Of a stretch of DNA of 64,000 nucleotides, positions 1 through 10,600 are shown one piece after another. Origin of the DNA: an uncultured bacterium (GTDB taxonomy: Bacteria > Krumholzibacteriota > Krumholzibacteriia > Krumholzibacteriales > Krumholzibacteriaceae); assembly GCA_963786935.1 (NCBI GenBank), contig CAWBAN010000001.1, positions 1,152,001 through 1,216,000 on the forward strand, written 5' to 3'. The notes beneath the pieces are model-generated. The model worked only from the letters and a program-made list of their open reading frames with translations. It was not told the DNA's origin and made no database searches. The stretch's first letter is position 1. Every line of letters starts with the position of its first letter. The position numbers were made by a program, and so were the translations under genes.

Positions 1-2710
1 GATGTCCTCTCGCCCGCAGGACGACGATCCCGCCCTCGAGCTCCTCCGAAGAAACCTCGACTGTGCGCGTCTCCGCCGAGACGAACTCCGGTTCGCGCGC
101 GATCGCGCGATCACGCGCGCGCGTCGGAATCGGTTTCGCCGGGCGCGCGGCGCGGGCCGGCCGCGGCGCCGGCGCGCTCGCCGATTCCGCCTCGCCGGCG
201 GCGGACGGAATCTCGTCCGCCGGGGCGGTCTTGAGCGCGTCGTGCTCCGGGCGCGCGTGCGCCGCGAGCAGGATCTTGAACTGCTCGTCGGTGATGATCT
301 TGTTCCGCCGCAGGTACTCGAGCCGCATCTCGTACGTATTGAGCCGGATGCGCTTCAGCTCGTCGTAGACGATCGCCTGGGTGAGATGCTCGTCCTCGTT
401 CTTCCCCTCGTTGAACAGATCCGCGATCTTCTTCGCCCCGTACTTCGGATTCTCCCGGATGATCTCGAGAATGCCCTTCCGCTGCTCGAGGCTCACCCGC
501 TTGATTTCGTCCTCCTGCCGGAGCGTCTTGTCCTGGAGCCCCCGGTCGCCCATCTCGACGACGCGCTTCTTGTACCGGTAGTAGGTCGAGGGCGAGACCC
601 TCATCTGCCGGCACGCCTCGGCGACAGGGATTCCCTGGATCTCGACGAGATCGAGCAGCTTCTTGCGGATGCCGTAGAGCACCTCGTCCGCCATGAGCTT
701 TTCCTTGATCGCGACGACGGTGATATCGTCGTTCTGCGGCATATCCCCGGTGAACGCCTTGATCGCCGCGCTGAGCCGGTCGATGAATTCCTGCGGGGAG
801 AGCTTCCCCGACGCCTTGATGAGCTGGATGAGCCGCTCTTCGCCGTACTGCCCGCGTTCGACGTTCATCGCCTCGGTCACGCCGTCGGTGTAGATGACGA
901 GCATATCGTCCTTCTTGAGCTTGATCTTCTCGACGTCGATCGAGCGGCGGAACAGCGTATCGTCGGGAAGGCTGATCCCGACGGGGAACCCGCGCGGATT
1001 GAGGAAATACGTCTCGTCCGTCTCCGCGCGGTAGAGAATCATCGGATTATGGCCGGCGCTCGCGTAGCTGATGATCCGGTTCTTCGAATCGAGGATCGAG
1101 TAGAAGATCGTGACGAACATGCCCTTCTTCATGTCTTCCGTCACGAAATCGTTCATGCGGGCCATGACCTCGGCGGCGGAGTAGTTCCCCCGCGCCTCCA
1201 TCCGGAGCGCCGTCCGTATCATCGTCATGACGAGCGATCCGGGCACGCCCTTGCCCGACACGTCGGCCACGACGACGCCGAGCGTGTCGTCGTCTACTTT
1301 CACGAAGTCGTAATAATCCCCGCCGACCTCCTTCGCGGCCTTGTAGTAGCTCGCGATGTCGTAGCCGCCGATTTCGGGAACGCGTTTCGGCAGCAGAGTG
1401 TGCTGGATCTCCTGGGCAACCTGCATCTCTTTCTGGAGGCGCTCCTGCTCGACGACGTTCTTCTGCGCCTCGCGGAATTTCGAGGTGATCTCGTTGAAGG
1501 CCCGCGCGATCTCGCCGATCTCCTTGGGCCCCTCGATCTTGATCTCGTCGTTGAGCGAACCCTCGCCGATGGCGCGCACGCCGTCCGTGAGCGCCTGAAT
1601 GGGCCGCACGAACACGGCGATGAGCAGGTAGACGAGCGCGACGCCCGCGGCGAAGACGCCGACGAGGAGCAGCGTCATCATCGGCCTCGGGTCGACGATA
1701 TCCTCGACGACCGCCGGGATCGAAACGCCCATGACGAGCCTCCCGATCGGCTCGGCGCTCGCGCGATCGGCCCCCGCGCGGTAGACGGGCTGATGGAACT
1801 CCCTGATCGGGACCGCTCCCGGGCTCTGGACGGTGCGCGACGCGCCTCCCCGCTCCAGTGACGCCACCTCCGGGGGTACGTCGTACGTCGAGAGGAGCTC
1901 GTTGACATCGCTGGTGGCGACGACGAGGCCGTCGCGGTCGACGAGCCTGATGTATCTCGTCTCGGGATATTTCTTGATCTGCTTGACGAAGGTTTCGTTC
2001 AGACGCGTGCTCTCGACCGAATACTGGTCCTCGCCGAGAGCGCTTTCGCACGCCGTGGCGATGTTCTCGACGATCGCCTTCCGCTGCAGCCACGCCTGTG
2101 CGTGCCGCGCCCGCACTTCCTGCGTCTGCCGGTAGAAGAGGATCAGCCAGAGGAACACGATGAGCCCGAACAGCCCGAGCGTGGCGCGGAGCGCGAATTT
2201 GAAGCGCAGCGTCGACGTCCATTTCGGCCTGATGAGCGACGAGAAGAGGGGCTTCCCGCCGGCCGCCGCCGCCGCCGTCGAGCTCTTCGCCATGTAGAGA
2301 CGGTTGCCCCCGGGAGCCGCGGAGTAGCTGAGGGTGTCCATGAGGCGGTTCATCAGGTAGATGCCGAGTCCGCCCTTCTTCCCGATCTCGACGTAGAGAT
2401 CGAGGTCGGGCTCCTTCACCTTCGACCAGTCGAACGGCTCCCCCCGGTCGAAGATGTTGATCTCGATTTTGCCCGGCTCGGCCTGGACGTCGAGCCTGAC
2501 GTCCCCGCCTTTGTCCCGGTACGCGTGCTTGATGATGTTCGTGCACGCCTCGTCCACGGCGAGCTTCGTGTTGTTCGTCTCGCTCTTCGAGAAGCCCGCG
2601 CGATCGCAGATGTCGGCGATGAAGTCCCTGACCTCGCTCAGGTTGTTCTCGTCGGCGGGCACCTCGAGATGGAACGTCTCGCGTTCCGTGATGAGACCTT
2701 TCTTCCTCAC
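1..2710 (-). CDS. Multidomain partner-switching protein, 3'-partial: RsbW-like HATPase, TM, extracytoplasmic sensor, TM, HAMP, SpoIIE/PP2C phosphatase, tandem HTH, linker, start of STAS
   Basis: Hand-translated; absent from the ORF track because it has no stop in the window. GTG at 2708-2710 overlaps the upstream TGA. Motifs: KLAVDEACTNIIKHAY and KKGGLGIYLM (anti-sigma kinase), RPIQALTDGV..EIGEIARAFN (HAMP), EVGGDYYDF, ADVSGKG, SAGHNP, YTDGVTEA, NDDITVV (PP2C), VAEACRQMRVSPSTYYRYKKR (HTH), GIVVLRARGH at the edge (STAS-like start). Confidence 0.9.
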   Translation of the reverse strand, partial: MRKKGLITERETFHLEVPADENNLSEVRDFIADICDRAGFSKSETNNTKLAVDEACTNIIKHAYRDKGGDVRLDVQAEPGKIEINIFDRGEPFDWSKVKEPDLDLYVEIGKKGGLGIYLMNRLMDTLSYSAAPGGNRLYMAKSSTAAAAAGGKPLFSSLIRPKWTSTLRFKFALRATLGLFGLIVFLWLILFYRQTQEVRARHAQAWLQRKAIVENIATACESALGEDQYSVESTRLNETFVKQIKKYPETRYIRLVDRDGLVVATSDVNELLSTYDVPPEVASLERGGASRTVQSPGAVPIREFHQPVYRAGADRASAEPIGRLVMGVSIPAVVEDIVDPRPMMTLLLVGVFAAGVALVYLLIAVFVRPIQALTDGVRAIGEGSLNDEIKIEGPKEIGEIARAFNEITSKFREAQKNVVEQERLQKEMQVAQEIQHTLLPKRVPEIGGYDIASYYKAAKEVGGDYYDFVKVDDDTLGVVVADVSGKGVPGSLVMTMIRTALRMEARGNYSAAEVMARMNDFVTEDMKKGMFVTIFYSILDSKNRIISYASAGHNPMILYRAETDETYFLNPRGFPVGISLPDDTLFRRSIDVEKIKLKKDDMLVIYTDGVTEAMNVERGQYGEERLIQLIKASGKLSPQEFIDRLSAAIKAFTGDMPQNDDITVVAIKEKLMADEVLYGIRKKLLDLVEIQGIPVAEACRQMRVSPSTYYRYKKRVVEMGDRGLQDKTLRQEDEIKRVSLEQRKGILEIIRENPKYGAKKIADLFNEGKNEDEHLTQAIVYDELKRIRLNTYEMRLEYLRRNKIITDEQFKILLAAHARPEHDALKTAPADEIPSAAGEAESASAPAPRPARAARPAKPIPTRARDRAIAREPEFVSAETRTVEVSSEELEGGIVVLRARGH

Positions 2711-4598
2711 CGCTTCGCCTCCGGGACGCCCGTGTTGAGAATGCGCTTCCGGGCTTCCTCGATATTCTTCGAAACGCTTTCGTTGTCGGGATCGATGTCG
2801 AGAATCTTCTGCCACTGTTCGATCGCGCTCGCGTATTGGCCCTGCGTGAAGGACTTCATCCCCTCGATGTACAGCGCGCGGATCTGTCCCTTTTCCTTTT
2901 CGCTCAGGGGCGTCATGCGCCGCTGGGCGCGGAGCAGGAGCCGGCGCCCTTCCTCGTGGGCCGGATCGAGCTTGAGGAGATCCCTGCACTGCGCGGAGGC
3001 CTCGGCGTATTTTCCGTCTCCGAACGATTTCACGGCCCCGTCGAAAAGCTCCATGATCCGGAGCCGCTTGCTCGTCTGGCTGTAGTCCCTGCTCATCTCG
3101 TCGAGGCGCGCGTTGATCCGGTCGGCGGCCTGCTTCGCATCGGCCGACTCCGGCGCGAGCGTCCGCACGACGTTCCATTCGCCGAGCGCCGCGGCGAGCT
3201 GGCCGCGCCGCTCGAGATCGATCGCCCGCGCCCGGTGCTCCTCGGCGAGGAGGCCGAGCTTCTCCTCCGTCTTCACGAGATATTCGCGCGCGTTCGCGTT
3301 CGTCGAATCGAGCGCGAGGACGTTGCGCCACTCGGCCCTGGACATGACGTAGTCGTCCTTGCTGTAGTAATCGAGGCCGAGCCTGAAGTGCTGACCGACG
3401 AGGGCGGCCTTCTCCGCGTCCTGCGTGCGCGCCTCCTCGGCGGCCAGAATGGCGCGCTCGACGACGACGAGCGTCTCGGCGACGGCGGCGTTCGTCGGAT
3501 CGTAATCGAGCGCGATCTTGAGCTCGTCGAGCGCCTTTCCGGGCTCGCCTTCCGCCCGGTACCGCTCGGCCGCGCTCACGTGGCCGGAAATCCGGCTCGC
3601 CAGTATCTGCTGGACGCGCCGCTCCTCCTCGGCGAGGCGGCGCCGCTCCCGGGCCGCGATCTTGTCGTCGATCGACTCGCCGAGGCGGGCCGACAGCGAC
3701 AGGGGATGCGAGCTTCCCGCGTCCCCCCGGCTGAAGTAGCCGTAGTCGAACCCGAAGCCGCGCCAGCCGATGCCGAATCCCGCCGTGATCATCTCCGCGT
3801 CGTATCCGAGGCGGACACTGAACAGATTCTTGAACAGGTATTCGGCGCCGAAGCGAATCTCCGTATCGTCGCGCTGCGGAGCGTTCATCTGGAGCGCGAG
3901 CGAAAGGGACGAGCCGTTCTTGAGCGGATAGGAGTACCCCGCCCCCAGCATGATCGTCCGGTCGACCTTGTCGGTCAGCGTGACGAGCTTCGTCTCCGCG
4001 CCGACGATATCCTGCAGATTGCATCCGAGGGAGAGGCGCTTGACGTATTTCGGCCGGTACACGATCCCGAAGTCGAGCCCGGTCCCCGCCGCCGAGGCCT
4101 CGCCGACCCGCTGATTGAGCACCTTGACCGAGGAGCCGAGCGACACGTCGCCGAATCGGCGCCACGGGAGATCGAGCGCGTAGCCGAGGATCAGCTGGCT
4201 CTCACGGTAGCTGAGCTCCTCCGTTTCCCTGCTGAACTCGTCGAATCCCCTGATCCCCCCGTGCCCGCCGTCATGACCCCGAGCCCGATCGAGCCCGCCG
4301 AGATCGTCGGATATACGACGCCCACGAAATCGTACGTCGCGTCGCTGAATCCCGAAAAGAGCTGTATGTGGTTGGCCACCGCGCCGGGATAGCGGCAGAG
4401 CCTGAGCGCCGCGGGATTGTAATAGAGCACCGACGCGTCGTCGCCGATCGCGGAAAAAGCCCCTCCCATGGCGATCGCCCGCGATCCCGCGCCGATGCTG
4501 AACACGGAGCGGGTGCCCCCGGTGCCCTCCTGCGCGGCGGAAACGCCCGGCGCGATGAGGACGCCGGCGATCGACAATGCGGTGATGAGCTTCTTCAT
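2707..4598 (-). CDS. PorV/PorQ-like outer-membrane beta-barrel fused to C-terminal TPR repeats (one frameshift at 4255-4260)
   Basis: ORF 4191..4598 gives the signal peptide and GAGSRAIAMGGAFSAIGDDASVLYYNPAAL. The protein continues in ORF 2707..4611 (GIRGFDEFS..., beta strands ending FDYGY...SHPLSLSARL), then TPR-like helices (ALDYDPTN, VLALDSTN, LKLDPAH, ILDIDPDN). One extra G in the G6 run restores the frame. Confidence 0.85.
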
Positions 4599-4611
4599 GC
4601 TTCCCCTGCAC

Positions 4612-7600
4612 TCACTTCGCCACGGCGATTTTGAAGAGCGCCGACTGCGAGCCGGCCTCGACTTTGCACATATAGACGCCGTTTCTCACGAGCTCGCCCC
4701 GGTCGTTGCGACCGTTCCACGGAATCTCGTGATATGCCCCTTCGGCCGAGCCGGCGGCTTCGGCGTCGCCGGCGCCGAAGTTCCGCGTCCAGACGAGATG
4801 TCCCGCGAGATCGTAGATCTTGATCGCGACGGCGGAATTCTTCTTCAGGAAATAGCATATCTTCGTCGACTCCGATCCCGCCCTGAACGGGTTCGGATAG
4901 TTGTGGGCGTACTCGTCGAACTGCGAGCTCATGATCGAGAGCGGACCGGTCAGGAAATTCCCCGCGATATCCCCGCCGTCGAGATCGAGGGAGACTCCGA
5001 TCCGGGCCCCCGAATCGCTGATCGACACGACGACGCTCGCGCTGCGCTCGATTTCGAAGGCGATCGATCCGCTCGCCCGCGCGCCGATATCGCCCTCGAG
5101 CAGCAGCGTATCGGAGGTGCCGGGAGCGAGCGTGAATCCGTGCGCGACGACGATCGGAACGGGATTGACGCCGGCGACCGCCGCGCCGAACGCCGCGCCG
5201 TTCACCGCGATCGCGATCGAATCGGCGATGCGCGACGGATCCGCGACGGAATTCCCCCGGCCGTCCTCAATCGTCACGAAGAGCGTGTCGAGGCCGACGG
5301 TGAAGCCCGACGCGTTCGTCAAAACGATGCGCAGGAGCGGAACGTTCCGCGCTCCCTGCGGCACGACGAACGGCGGTATCGAATCGCCGCGCGAAATGTT
5401 CGACATCAGAACGGCGCCCGCTTCCGTCTGCACGGGGATGAACGCCGCGCCGGTCGAGATTTCGCATGCGGCGTTCGTGTTGACATCGGTCGCGTACGGC
5501 TCGATCAGCCTGACCTCGATGTTCCCCGGCGACGTCGGGGCTCCGGGCGCCCTGACGTTCCACGCCACGCTCCGCCCCGGATAGAAGGGCTTGCGGAAGT
5601 GCTCCTGGGCGCCGTCGAGCGCGTATCCCTGCCCCGCCGGCAGGACGAGCTCCATCCGGGCGCCCGCCGTATCGATCGCGGCGTCTCCCGATTTCGCGGC
5701 CGACGCCTCGATCGTGAACGGCAAGCTCACCGATACGGATCCGTCGAGCGCTTCCGGGGGACCCGAGATGGCGGCGGCGACGGCGAGCGACGGCTTCGTC
5801 TCCACGTGAACGGCGAACACGACGCGGCACGTCGCGATGGCGATGCCCGAGTTGATATCCTTGCCGCCGGCGCGCACCACGAGCGTGTCGGCGACGACGC
5901 GGCCGACCGGCGCTTTCGTTATCCAATCGATCGTCTGCTGCGCTCCCGTTCCCGCGCCGATGAGGCGGACCCGGTCCCCGGTGACGGAGAATCCCACGGG
6001 CACGGAGAGCTCCACCCAAACCGAATCGGCGTTCGCCGGGGGAGTGAGCACGGCCCGCGCCAGGAAATTCTGCTCGGTCGAGAGGGTCCCGTCGACGGCT
6101 CCCTGCGGGGCGGCGATCGAGATCGCGCAGCCGGTCAGGCGCGCCGATTCCTCCGTCCGGAGCGGCGCGGCGGATTCGACGACGCGCGCCGCCGCGGGAG
6201 CGCCGGTGTTCACGGCGACGGGAATCCCGCTGATCCGCGCGCGCACGGTGTCGAGCGAGGGTATCGCAGGCGCGACGAGCCTCCAAGAGACCTCGCCGAG
6301 GCCGCCGAGGCGCTTCGCAAGCGGCTCACCGGGATTCGCGAGCAGCACGGCGGGCGGCAGCGCGAGCGTCACCTCTCCCGTCGTATCGACGAGCGCCTGC
6401 CCTTCGTTCGCGACGGCCGCGGTGACCGTGAAGATCTGACCGGTCGAAAGAATGCCGTCGAGCGCCCCCGCGGGAGCGGTGATCGCGAGGCCGCATGCGA
6501 GGAGCGCGGGAAGCTCGATACGCAGATTCTCGGTCGATTCCGCCGCCTGCGCGGGATAGACCCGTTCGCCGGTGTTCACCGAAACCGCGTAGACGATCGA
6601 AGCGCTCAGCGCTTCGTTTCCCGGCGCCGGCGCGGCCGTCACCGAGAATACGAAATCGCGTTCCGATCCTGACGCGACGGAGACGAACCCGTCGCCGACG
6701 ACCGCGGCCCGCGAGGCGCCGTTCGAGACGAGGTTCACCGAGACGCTGTCGAGATCGTCCCCGCCCGTGTTCTCGACGCGCACGATTACGTTGAAGACCT
6801 GGCCGGTATCGACCACCGACGTATTGGGGAAGAGCGCGTTGTTGGGGGCGTCGCTCGCCACCGAGATGATTCGGAGCCCCGAAGGCGCCTTGACATGCAC
6901 GGATCCGAAACCCGCCGCCGGCGCGGGATCGCGGAGCGGATCGTTCAGATCGCCCCAGGCGAGCCCCGCGTCGATGGCGATGGTGCCCGTATCGACGCCG
7001 GTCGCCGCGATGCGGTAGATCAGTGAATCCGCTCCCCCTCCCGGCACGGCGAGGAGACCCGGTCCCGAACCGAGGGTGTCGGGCGCGATGACGAGGTAAT
7101 CGAAGCGCCGCGATCCGAAGAGCGAGAACGCGAGATCGCCGGCTCCGGGCGCATCGAGCGCGAGCGGCGCCTCTCCGCCGTTCGTGAACGAAACGCTCAC
7201 CGCCCAGTCAGCGTCCTGACCGGCGTTCACCTCCCGCTGGGAAGGCCTCACCGACGCAACCGTGAGCGCGGCCGGACGCTGGACGACGGCGGCCGCCGTA
7301 TCGTCGAGCGCCGGTTCCAGAACGACGAGACCGGCCTCTCTCGAGTTCGCGTCCACGGCTCCCCGGAGCCGGGCCCTGAACGTTTCGGACCCGCTCGCGG
7401 CGCCCGCGGCGATCGCGAAGGCGCCCGATGCGGAAGAGCCGCCCGAGAGCCCGTCGATGACGAGCAGGGTATCGATGATCTGCGAAGAACCAGATTTCTC
7501 GAGCGCCAGCCGGATGCTGTCGGCCCGCGCCTCGCCATCATTTATCACTTCATATGAAACGCCGAACTGCTGATAATAATTGACGTAAGGCGATCGCGGA

Positions 7601-10600
7601 GCCTGATTCACCGTCTGGGCAATTCTGATGCGCGCCGGCGCTTGGACCCGCACCGCGCCCGAGCCGGACCCGGCTTGCCTCGTGTCGAACGCGCTGTATA
7701 CGGCGCTGTTGAGCTCGACGAATCCCGCATGAGCGTGCAGCGCGATGTCGGCGCCGCCCGGAATGCCGGGAGCCGGCGAGACGGCGAACACGAGATGCTT
7801 GCAGCTCCCGCCCTCGAGGACGAGGCCGCCCTCGACGAATCCGATCGGGGCAGCGTGGGACAGCGGCACGCGTCCGTCGTAGAACACGTACGCGCTGTCG
7901 AGGACGAGCGCAAGGTCGGCCTCGCCGTTGTTGCAGACCGTCAGCGTGAGCTGCCACGGGGTCGTCTGCGCCGATGTCACGGCGGCGCGGCTCGGGACCG
8001 CCGCCGTGATCGCCGGAATTCCCGGCGTCTCGATCGCGACGTGGCTCCAGCCGCCGCTGTACGTGTCGTCGACGAGCGTGAGGCCGCTGTTGACGTCGAG
8101 CCCGGCGACCCGTCCGTTCACGAGCGCGAGCCCGCCCGTCGAACCCGTGCGGGTCACCGTGAAGATGAGGCTGTCGATGCTGCCGCCGGCGAGGGTATCG
8201 GTGAGCGAACCCTCGAGATGATCGGGGCGCGAGATCTCGTACTCGTACGTCCGGTCGCCGAGGCCCACGATGGTGAAGGTGATGAACGTCTGGAGCACGC
8301 TGAAATCGACGGCGACCGACGCTTCGCCGTTGTTTCTCAGAATCATCCGGACCGGCCAGGGCGCTGTCTGCGACGCGGTCGCCGATTGCGGCACGACGAT
8401 CCGGTTGATGGCGAGCTGCGGGGCTTCTTCCACGACGACCGAATCGGGGAACACGGGAATATCGGCCTCGAACGGATTGCCGTTCTCGGCGCCTTCGAGA
8501 TGCAGGACGACGGCGTGCTTTCCGCGCGCGATGGAGGCGTCGACGGTGCCCGTGTTGAAGAGCAGGACGGTTTCTCCGCCCCGCGCGAGCTCGTTGTCAG
8601 AAACCGGAGACAGGGTGCTCCGGAACGTATCCCCGTCAGCGTCGCCGAAGCTCATCGTCACCGCCGGGGGATCGAGCATGAGGGTCGAACGGAGCGCGTT
8701 GTCGCTTGTCACGGCCAGCTCGAACGAGACGCCCGTCCCGCTGCTCACGACCGTCGGCGTCAGGCTCGCCGCTTCGTAGCGGGGATCCGGACGCAGCTGG
8801 AACGTCACGCTGTCGGCGCTGGAGGCCGCGGGCATCGACGCGTGGAGCGCCCTCCCGCTGTTGATCTCCGAGGCGAGCAGCAGTCCTTCGAGCACGCGCG
8901 GTCCGGGCGGGATCGATCCCGTCGTCCGCACGACGAACCTGAGAATGCCCGAGGATCCTCCGTGCAGCGTTCGCCCGTCTCCCGCGACGATGGCGGGATT
9001 CTCGATCGAGAAGCCCGAGCCGCCCGGGAGCGCGACCCACGTCGAGTCGATTCGATCGAGGAGCAGGGTGACGTCGGATTGGCCGGAATTGCTCACGCTC
9101 ATATCGATCGCCCAGTCGCGCTCCTGCGCGACGGTGACCGGGTTCTGGAGCGGCGTGAAGCCCGTGATGGCGATTGCCGCAGGCGTTTGAACGAGCACGT
9201 TATCGCGTATGCCCGAAGCGCCGCTCGCGATCGAGAGCGCCCTCCCGCTATTGATCTCGACGCCGCTCACCGCCGCTTCGACGCGGCAGAGGCCGGGGAC
9301 CGAGCCGGTCCTGTCGATGGCATAGCGCAGCGTATCGGTCGATCCGCCCTCGAGGACGTTCCCTCCGCCCGCGAGCCCCGTCGGGAACACGACCGCAAAA
9401 TCCGCCGAGGTCGAGAACGTGATGAAGCTCTTCGCGGGATCGAGGTCGAGCCGAACGTCGGACTGTCCCGTATTCCTCACCACCACATCCGTGGACCAGT
9501 TCCTCGTTTGGAGCGCCGTCACCGTATCCGCCGAGGCGATGATCGAGGCGAAGACGACATTCGCCGGCGTCTGCACGAGGTAGCTCCCCTTGCCGCCGAG
9601 CTCGGTCGTCGCGACGAGCGTCACGCCGCTGTTCCGGTCTCTGCCCCATACGGCGGATTCGATGACGATCGTTCCCGTCGTCATGGAACCGGCGGGATTG
9701 TCGTTGAAGCGAACGAGAATATCCTTCCCTTCTCCGCCGCGCAGCGAATCGACGTGCGCCTGGAAATTGAGCGGCGTCAGTACGCACTCGCCGCTCACCA
9801 GCTGCGAGCCGGCATAGAGCCGCAGCGCGAGGCTGTCGAGCTGCACCGTCGCGCCGCCGTTGTTGTCCACGCGAATCGAGGCGAACCAGGGGGCCGTCTG
9901 ATCCGCCGTGATGCTGTCGGATGGAACCACCTTTGTGCTGCTGATCGCGAGCTGGGGCGGATTCTGGACGGCGACGAGGCCGGCCGGCGCGAGTACCGTC
10001 GAGAAGGTGAGCCCGTTTTCGGTCCCCTTCACCCTGACGGCGGGCTGGTAGCTCCCCGTCGGCATGGCGTCGGGAACGACGACCGCCTGAAAGTAGAGCG
10101 TATTGGAGCCCGGAACGACCGTTCTGCCCCGCGAGCCATCGAGCCGCGCGAGGTACACGACCGGACCGCTCGCGAAGGTGATCCAGGTCGAATCGGGATC
10201 GCATTCAACCGCAGCGCCGCCCGTGTTGTCGACGCCGACGGCGAACGCCACGGAGCTCCGCTTGCTCACCGGCGTCGGCGTGATCGATCCCGCGTGGTAG
10301 GCGAGCTGCGCCGGCTGCACGACATGGACCGGGTTGCCGAGAACGAGCGTGTCCGCGAATGGAGTGCCGTTCTCCGTACCGGCGAGCAGGACGGACACGG
10401 GATAGCTGCCGGAGGCCATTCCGGCCGGTATTCCCGCGGAGGGGAATACGATGGGCGTCGTTGTGTTCCCGGGCAGAGCGCCCGTCGAACCGAGCGCCAC
10501 GATCACCGGCGAGACGCCGTCCGTGAACGTGAGCCTCGTGAGCGCGCCGTCGAGGATGACCGACGCCTGGCCGCCGTTCGCGAGCGAAATGGAGAACAAG

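Noticed and set aside
330..695. Possible IS element
   Set aside because: HTH only, in frame within a host gene, with no DDE domain or terminal repeats seen.
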